64,000 bases of DNA from an uncultured Candidatus Saccharibacteria bacterium (GTDB lineage Bacteria > Patescibacteriota > Andersenbacteria > UBA10190): the NCBI GenBank assembly GCA_964371255.1, contig CAYJKV010000001.1, positions 163,140 to 227,139 on the forward strand, given 5' to 3'. The notes under the pieces are model-generated. The model was not told the DNA's origin and did no database searches. It saw nothing but the letters and a program-made list of their open reading frames with translations. Both the position numbers and the translations under genes were made by a program. Below, piece by piece: positions 58,629 through 64,000 of the stretch. Within the stretch, counting starts at the first letter, position 1. The number at the start of each line of letters is the position of its first letter.

Positions 58629-59997
58629 GGTGAGCACGACGATAGAAGCAGCGGGCATCAAAGTTATAGTTGATGGTCATGCGATGCTGTTAAAGTATCC
58701 TGATCAGGTTTGGCGTTCTTATCCCCAGCCGGCGAAAGAAGTGCTTAGGGATAACGTGGCTTTAAGCAGCACATTATTCGTACCGCAAATAATGGATAGC
58801 CAGCGGATAAAATATGATACATCGCGACCAGTGAGTGAGGCTTTCTTATTCAAGAATGGCATCTATGACATGCCAAACTCAGCACTAACGGATGGAGCGT
58901 CATCGATTTCTTACATAAAAAAGTTTTTTAACACAGTGGCGGTTTTTAGGAATAATGAGATTCGTCTCCAGCCATGCGATGCTAATCACCGGCAGGCAAA
59001 TAAAAATATTATGGTGGTTCCTTTCACCTTTGGGAAAGATAGTATGTTGACCGCTGCCCTGGCGCAGGAGATAGGTATCAAGCCATATTTAGTGTATTTT
59101 ATTGAACCGGCACATTTACACGAGCATAGACATAAGAAAAGATTAAAAAAATCATTCAGCCGAAAAACAGGTCTAATATTAGAAGAGGTGGAGAACGAGC
59201 CGGGGAGGATGCGATACGGCAGGTTGTGGGGGAAAGATACTGAATTGGGGTGGGGGTTGCAAACAACCGAATACGCAATGATGTTGTTACCATTCCTTCA
59301 TTTCTATGATGCGATGTATGTTGGTTTAGGCAATGAACATTCTTGCGGTGAAGCTGGTTTAAACGGAGAGGGGGTACTGACACATTGGACTGGTTACGAT
59401 CAACATCCAGATTGGACTGCACAACAAAGTTTGTTGGTATCGCTCATGGGGGGAGCACAAAGGAGAGTGGTAAGTTTGGTGGAACCATTGCACGAGATTG
59501 CAGAAGTAGCAATTTTGCATAGAAGGTATCCGCAATTTGGCCAGTTTCATACCTCGTGTTTGGCAATAGGGCGAGGGGCGGAGAGAAATCGATGGTGCCA
59601 ACGATGTGAGAAGTGCGGGGTGATGTATACTTTTTTAAAGGCTTTAAATGTCGATGTGCGTCGGATTGGATTTACCGAAAACTTGTTAGACAAAGAGCAC
59701 TATGAACTCTTTAAAAACTTGTTTAATGCAACCAACTCCCCTTTATTTTATGCAGTAGATGAAGAAATTTATTTAGCTATGTATATGGCTATGAAGCGGG
59801 GTGCAGAGGGGGAAGTACTGCGAGTCTTTGCGAAGAAAGTATTGCCAAGATATAAGAGGTTGGTGAGAAAATACAGCCAGGAATTTTTCAGCGCCCATCC
59901 GACTAATAATCTGCCAGATGATATCGGGCGTAAGTTGTTTAGGATATATGATGAGGAGTTGGGTAAAGTTCGTCTTGAAATTGAAGCGTTAGGATAA
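58612..59997 (+). CDS. MurL-like PP-loop (adenine nucleotide alpha hydrolase) protein
   Basis: PFTFGKDS (SGGKDS-like), GNE, SC...RWCQRCEKC Cys cluster, reminiscent of UDP-MurNAc-L-Ala-L-Glu epimerase MurL. Confidence 0.65.
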   Translation: MDKEIEVSTTIEAAGIKVIVDGHAMLLKYPDQVWRSYPQPAKEVLRDNVALSSTLFVPQIMDSQRIKYDTSRPVSEAFLFKNGIYDMPNSALTDGASSISYIKKFFNTVAVFRNNEIRLQPCDANHRQANKNIMVVPFTFGKDSMLTAALAQEIGIKPYLVYFIEPAHLHEHRHKKRLKKSFSRKTGLILEEVENEPGRMRYGRLWGKDTELGWGLQTTEYAMMLLPFLHFYDAMYVGLGNEHSCGEAGLNGEGVLTHWTGYDQHPDWTAQQSLLVSLMGGAQRRVVSLVEPLHEIAEVAILHRRYPQFGQFHTSCLAIGRGAERNRWCQRCEKCGVMYTFLKALNVDVRRIGFTENLLDKEHYELFKNLFNATNSPLFYAVDEEIYLAMYMAMKRGAEGEVLRVFAKKVLPRYKRLVRKYSQEFFSAHPTNNLPDDIGRKLFRIYDEELGKVRLEIEALG

Positions 59998-59999
59998 TT

Positions 60000-61082
60000 G
60001 TGAAAAGTCAGGTAACGCACAACGAGATGGTGGCAATGCTCCCTTTGAGGTGGGAGGCGGGTGGGTGGCTAGGGGATATGGAGGATAGGTTTTTCTTGTC
60101 TTTTGCTGACGCTTGGCAGCAAATAATGAAACACCTAAGTCCGATAAATAGCACCATATTAGTACCGAACTTTTATTGTCCGGACACTTTAGCTTTGTAC
60201 GGAAAATACGGCACGCTAGTATTTTATAAGACCAATAATGATTTGACGATAAATATTCAGTCATACACAGAGGCTGTTCGCTTGTACAGCCCGGGAATGA
60301 TTATTAACTATGGCTATATTTCCTCGCCCGTATGCGATGATCGGGTAAGGCAAATATTAAAAGCGTCCCCGGACATAATTGTGATAGAGGATTGTGCGCA
60401 TCGGCTTTTGACCAAGGAAGACGTAATATTTGTACATCAGAACCATTTCTATATTGACAGCATAAGGAAACAAACCGGCATGCTGGGCAGTCATGTGATG
60501 GACCGGTCGCAATGCTTGAAGAAGGAGAAAATATCAAGAATCAATACGTATAAAATAAAAGTGACCGGGATGAAGTTTTTACAGGAATTAATTAATTTAA
60601 TGACTTACTGGACCCAGTCCAGAAGGTTGCATTTGATCAGTGATGCTGTTTTTGAAGCGCTGGATGGGATGATTGGAAGTGATGCGAAGCCAACCTTAGG
60701 TAATACAGTGTTTCACTCTTTGTGGAATCACCTCGATCTGGTGAAACTAACAGATTATAAAAAACAACTGGCAAGAGGTTATCTGGAAAAATTGAAGTTA
60801 GTACAACACAAGAATTTCTATGTGCCGCCTTTGGCTGACAGAAACCTTTCTTATTTTCCGTGTCTGGTTTATGGCGAGGACAATGAACGATTAGTTGAAT
60901 ACTTAGCGGCGAGGAATATTTCGATTGGATCATTGTGGGATTTACCGGTGAAACCGATGGAGGGTCTGAATAAATCTTTGTATGAATCTGTGCTGGTATT
61001 GCCCTTAACGTGGAAAACAAAAATAGAGGATGTCGCGCGGGTGGGTAGCGAGATAGAGAAATTCTTTATGAGAAAGAAATAA
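60000..61082 (+). CDS. DegT/DnrJ-like PLP-dependent protein (divergent)
   Basis: ILVPNFYC, IEDCAH, SIRK (candidate PLP lysine), C-terminal L.LP. Confidence 0.65.
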   Translation: MKSQVTHNEMVAMLPLRWEAGGWLGDMEDRFFLSFADAWQQIMKHLSPINSTILVPNFYCPDTLALYGKYGTLVFYKTNNDLTINIQSYTEAVRLYSPGMIINYGYISSPVCDDRVRQILKASPDIIVIEDCAHRLLTKEDVIFVHQNHFYIDSIRKQTGMLGSHVMDRSQCLKKEKISRINTYKIKVTGMKFLQELINLMTYWTQSRRLHLISDAVFEALDGMIGSDAKPTLGNTVFHSLWNHLDLVKLTDYKKQLARGYLEKLKLVQHKNFYVPPLADRNLSYFPCLVYGEDNERLVEYLAARNISIGSLWDLPVKPMEGLNKSLYESVLVLPLTWKTKIEDVARVGSEIEKFFMRKK

Positions 61083-61112
61083 CTGGGACACGGGCGCTAA
61101 AAAGCGCAGCAG

Positions 61113-61301
61113 TTATTTTTTATTACGGTTTTGCTGTTTGATGCACTTGGTGCAAGCCAAAACTTTTTTCCCCAGGAAGGTAGTCTTTTGCAGGTTGGGC
61201 TTGAAGAACCGGTTGCCGGTGACGTTGCGGTGGCCGCGCAAAAGAACTCGGGTGTGACCGACTGATTTGCTTTTCTGACAGATTGCACATGATTTAGCCA
61301 T
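61113..61301 (-). CDS. rpmB: 50S ribosomal protein L28 (Zn-binding form)
   Basis: MAKSCAICQK...R.F.PNLQ...CTKCIK. Confidence 0.9.
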   Translation of the reverse strand: MAKSCAICQKSKSVGHTRVLLRGHRNVTGNRFFKPNLQKTTFLGKKVLACTKCIKQQNRNKK

Positions 61302-61487
61302 GGATAATATATAGACGATAATTAAAGGTTTGGCAAGCCGGGAGGCTAAAGAACAACTACCAAGAAAGAGCAATGCAAAATCTTGGAATCTTGGTAAGGT
61401 GAGGAGGATGCTAATCGTGATTTGTTGGTTGAAGTGGTTAAGCTAATCAAACTTCACCTTTTGCTTTTTTAGCTTTAATCTAAAGTT

Positions 61488-62165
61488 ATGTTGTTACAAG
61501 CGATGGCGATTGATCCGACGCTCAGTATTGGGGCAATGGTGATTGCACTAGCAGTCGCAATTATTTTTCATGAAGTGGCGCACGGAGTGGCGGCGTTGTG
61601 GCTGGGTGATCCCACGGCAAAATATGCCGGCAGGCTCACGTTGAATCCCCTCAAGCACATCGACAAGTGGGGTACTATCCTGGTGCCGCTGATGCTTTTA
61701 TTGTTTGCCCGGATCGCCGGAGGCGGATTTATTTTTGGCTGGGCGAAACCGGTACCCGTTAACTACTATAACTTAAGAAATGGCAAATATGGGCCGATGA
61801 TGGTCGCTTTGGCCGGGCCCGCAACGAATTTGGCGATCTTGGTTGTAACGGGAATATTAGCCAGAATATCGCCAACTGGGACTTCGCTACCTTATTTATT
61901 CGGAGTAGTGGCGGTAGTTAACGGCTGGCTGATGATGTTTAATCTATTGCCGATACCACCGTTGGACGGGTCGAAAGTACTATATGTGCTGTTAGATAAA
62001 AGGCCGGATATTATTCAGATTTTAGAACGCAACGGAATGTATATTTTGATATTCTTTATTATTTTTGGCGGTAAAATATTAGAATTGATTTCCATTCCGG
62101 CCTTGTTGCTGGTAAACGCAACGGCGGGTACCGCAGTGCTGCAGATAGTATTGCAGAACATTTGA
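61488..62165 (+). CDS. Site-2 protease (M50 family)
   Basis: HEVAH, GDPTAK..GRLTLNPL.H, AGPATN, FNLLPIPPLDG. Confidence 0.94.
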   Translation: MLLQAMAIDPTLSIGAMVIALAVAIIFHEVAHGVAALWLGDPTAKYAGRLTLNPLKHIDKWGTILVPLMLLLFARIAGGGFIFGWAKPVPVNYYNLRNGKYGPMMVALAGPATNLAILVVTGILARISPTGTSLPYLFGVVAVVNGWLMMFNLLPIPPLDGSKVLYVLLDKRPDIIQILERNGMYILIFFIIFGGKILELISIPALLLVNATAGTAVLQIVLQNI

Positions 62166-62343
62166 CCGGAAATCTAAAAAATAAAAGCCAAATGCCAAGT
62201 CTGTTTTGTTGACAGGTAGGGCAGAGATTGTTTATATTTAGGTTTGCATCAAAAGGTGGTGCAAAGGAAGACGCGAGTTTAATTACGTAATAAACTGGTT
62301 TTTGTAGTCGCCAGGCGGCGATAATTATTTATTAAGTCACATT

Positions 62344-62760
62344 GTGCCAACAGCAAACCAACTGATTCGCAAGGGGCGAAAAAGAAAAACAAGGAAATCT
62401 AAGACACCGGCTTTACGGAGCGCTTTTAACCTGCTAAGAAATAAGCCTGTTCATAAGGACTCGCCGTTCAAAAGAGGCGTGTGTTTGCAAGTGAAGACGA
62501 TGACACCGAGCAAGCCAAATTCAGCTTTGCGGAAAGTTGCCCGGGTCCGTTTAACGAATGGGCATGAGGTAACGGCCTATATTCCGGGCGAAGGGCATAA
62601 TCTGCAGGAACACTCGATAGTATTAGTTAGAGGCGGACGACGTAAGGATTTAGTAGGGGTGCGTTATATTATAGTGCGCGGCATGTTGGATACCTCCGGC
62701 GTGGAAGCGCGGAGAAATGCGCGCAGCCGGTATGGAGCTAAGAGACCCAAAGAAGCGTAA
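62344..62760 (+). CDS. rpsL: 30S ribosomal protein S12
   Basis: [42 protein letters not shown]. Confidence 0.98.
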   Translation: MPTANQLIRKGRKRKTRKSKTPALRSAFNLLRNKPVHKDSPFKRGVCLQVKTMTPSKPNSALRKVARVRLTNGHEVTAYIPGEGHNLQEHSIVLVRGGRRKDLVGVRYIIVRGMLDTSGVEARRNARSRYGAKRPKEA

Positions 62761-62805
62761 AGGCAGAGGGTATTTTAAGAAAGAGAATAAGTTTTAAAGC
62801 AAGAT

Positions 62806-63282
62806 ATGCCACGAAAGAAAAGAGTATATAAGAATAAGAAATTTTTAAAACCAGACCCCAAGTTCGGTAATTTGATGCTATCAAGGTTTATTAATCAGAT
62901 TATGCGCCGAGGCAAGAAGTCGATTGCGCAGAAAGTAGTATATGGGGCACTGGATATTGTGTCAGAAAAAACAAAGGATGATCCATTGATGGTGTTTGAC
63001 GCGGCGATCAGAAACGTAGCGCCCGTGTTAGAGGTAAAGGGCAAGCGAATTGGCGGAGCTAATTATCAGATAGCGCAAGAAGTGAGAGGAGATAGGCGTG
63101 AGACCCTAGCGATGCGCTGGCTTAAGGAGGCGGCTCGAACAAGAAGTGGCAAAGCGATGGCGGAAAAGTTGGCGGCGGAGCTGATTGACGCATCGAACAA
63201 AGAAGGCGGCGCGATGAAACGACGGGAAGAAGTGCACCGCATGGCAGAAGCAAATCGAGCATTTTCTCACTTTGCCCGATAA
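62806..63282 (+). CDS. rpsG: 30S ribosomal protein S7
   Basis: [29 protein letters not shown]. Confidence 0.98.
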   Translation: MPRKKRVYKNKKFLKPDPKFGNLMLSRFINQIMRRGKKSIAQKVVYGALDIVSEKTKDDPLMVFDAAIRNVAPVLEVKGKRIGGANYQIAQEVRGDRRETLAMRWLKEAARTRSGKAMAEKLAAELIDASNKEGGAMKRREEVHRMAEANRAFSHFAR

Positions 63283-63362
63283 TAACTTTCAATTCTTCCC
63301 TAAGGGATCCCTTCGGGGCAAGGCTCAATTTTCAAATAAATTTCAATAACAAATTTTTAAAC
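63281..63362 (+). repeat. TTTTCAA-type tract with embedded TCCCTAAGGGATCCCTTCGGGG palindrome inside the str operon
   Basis: Palindrome at 63297-63318 between rpsG and fusA. Confidence 0.7.
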
Positions 63363-63365
63363 GAC

Positions 63366-64000
63366 GTGGCTGACAAAAAACAATTTCCTCAAGTAGCAAT
63401 CGATAAGGTAAGAAACTTTGGTATTATTGCGCATATTGATGCCGGGAAGACGACCGTGTCGGAACGCGTTTTATTTTATACCGGACTGACGCATAAGATC
63501 GGGGAAGTGCATGAGGGAGCAGCGGTTATGGACTGGATGGATCAGGAGAGAGAGCGGGGCATTACTATTACCTCGGCGGCGACGACGGCTTTCTGGAAAG
63601 ACCACCGCTTAAATCTAATTGATACGCCGGGGCACGTAGATTTTACTATTGAAGTGGAACGCAGCTTGCGGGTGTTGGATGGCGCGGTCGTAGTATTTGA
63701 CGGAGTAGCCGGAGTAGAACCACAGAGTGAAACTGTCTGGAGACAAGCTGACAAATATAAAGTGCCGCGGATGTGTTTCATTAATAAATTAGACCGCACC
63801 GGCGCTGACTTTTGGAAAGCAGTTGCTTCTATCCATGAGCGGCTGACTAAAAATACGGTCGTGATGACGCTGCCGATTGGGACGGAGGAAAAGTTTGATG
63901 GATTAGTTGATCTGATAACGGAAAAAGCCTGGTATTTTATGGGTGAGCGAGGCGAGAAGATCGAGACCAAGGAAGTACCAGAAGAGATGAAAGAAGAAGT
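63366..64000 (+). CDS. fusA: Elongation factor G (partial, runs off window end)
   Basis: Manual translation from GTG 63366: ...[15 protein letters not shown]...[19 protein letters not shown]...[10 protein letters not shown]. Confidence 0.97.
   Translation, partial: MADKKQFPQVAIDKVRNFGIIAHIDAGKTTVSERVLFYTGLTHKIGEVHEGAAVMDWMDQERERGITITSAATTAFWKDHRLNLIDTPGHVDFTIEVERSLRVLDGAVVVFDGVAGVEPQSETVWRQADKYKVPRMCFINKLDRTGADFWKAVASIHERLTKNTVVMTLPIGTEEKFDGLVDLITEKAWYFMGERGEKIETKEVPEEMKEE

Noticed and set aside
54078-61110. Integrative element at tRNA-Pro
   Set aside because: No integrase and no duplicated tRNA 3' end at the far side of the operon; island status remains inference only.
24762-62291. ATTACGTAAT 10-bp palindromes at 24762 and 62282 sharing half-sites with the long palindrome
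   Set aside because: Short, AT-rich and lacking the central part; may be chance.

Overview
A 64-kb chromosomal segment that looks like a CPR/Patescibacteria genome. This is inferred from the gene set (housekeeping, DNA-uptake and surface-protein genes, no central metabolism), a CPR-type pilin, an alpha2-type GlyRS and typical short intergenic palindromes. Most genes lie on the G-rich + strand. Recognisable genes: recO, glyQS, tatD, rarA, leuS, ugd, parA/parB, topA, dprA, mfd, pth, lepB, hisS, rpsU, ybeY, dgkA, ftsA, ftsZ, split comEC, ndk, tgt, rpmB, rpsL, rpsG, partial fusA, plus tRNA-Leu(CAA) and tRNA-Pro(GGG). Most notable observations: (1) a tightly coupled five-gene operon after tRNA-Pro (double ATP-grasp ligase, dipeptide epimerase, SAM methyltransferase, MurL-like PP-loop protein, DegT-like PLP protein) that may build a D-amino-acid peptide; (2) a 26-36 bp palindrome (ATTACGATATTA-TG-TAATATCGTAAT) present four times, bracketing a TrpR/YerC-like gene and doubled upstream of topA; (3) an orphan gene whose 3' end resembles a DGR variable region; (4) a promoter, 16-aa Cys peptide and multi-hairpin locus after a TrmB regulator; (5) widespread signs of leaderless transcription; (6) substitutions in S12 at streptomycin/decoding positions; (7) several families of intergenic REP/MITE-like elements. 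All calls come from motif reading only; no database searches were run.
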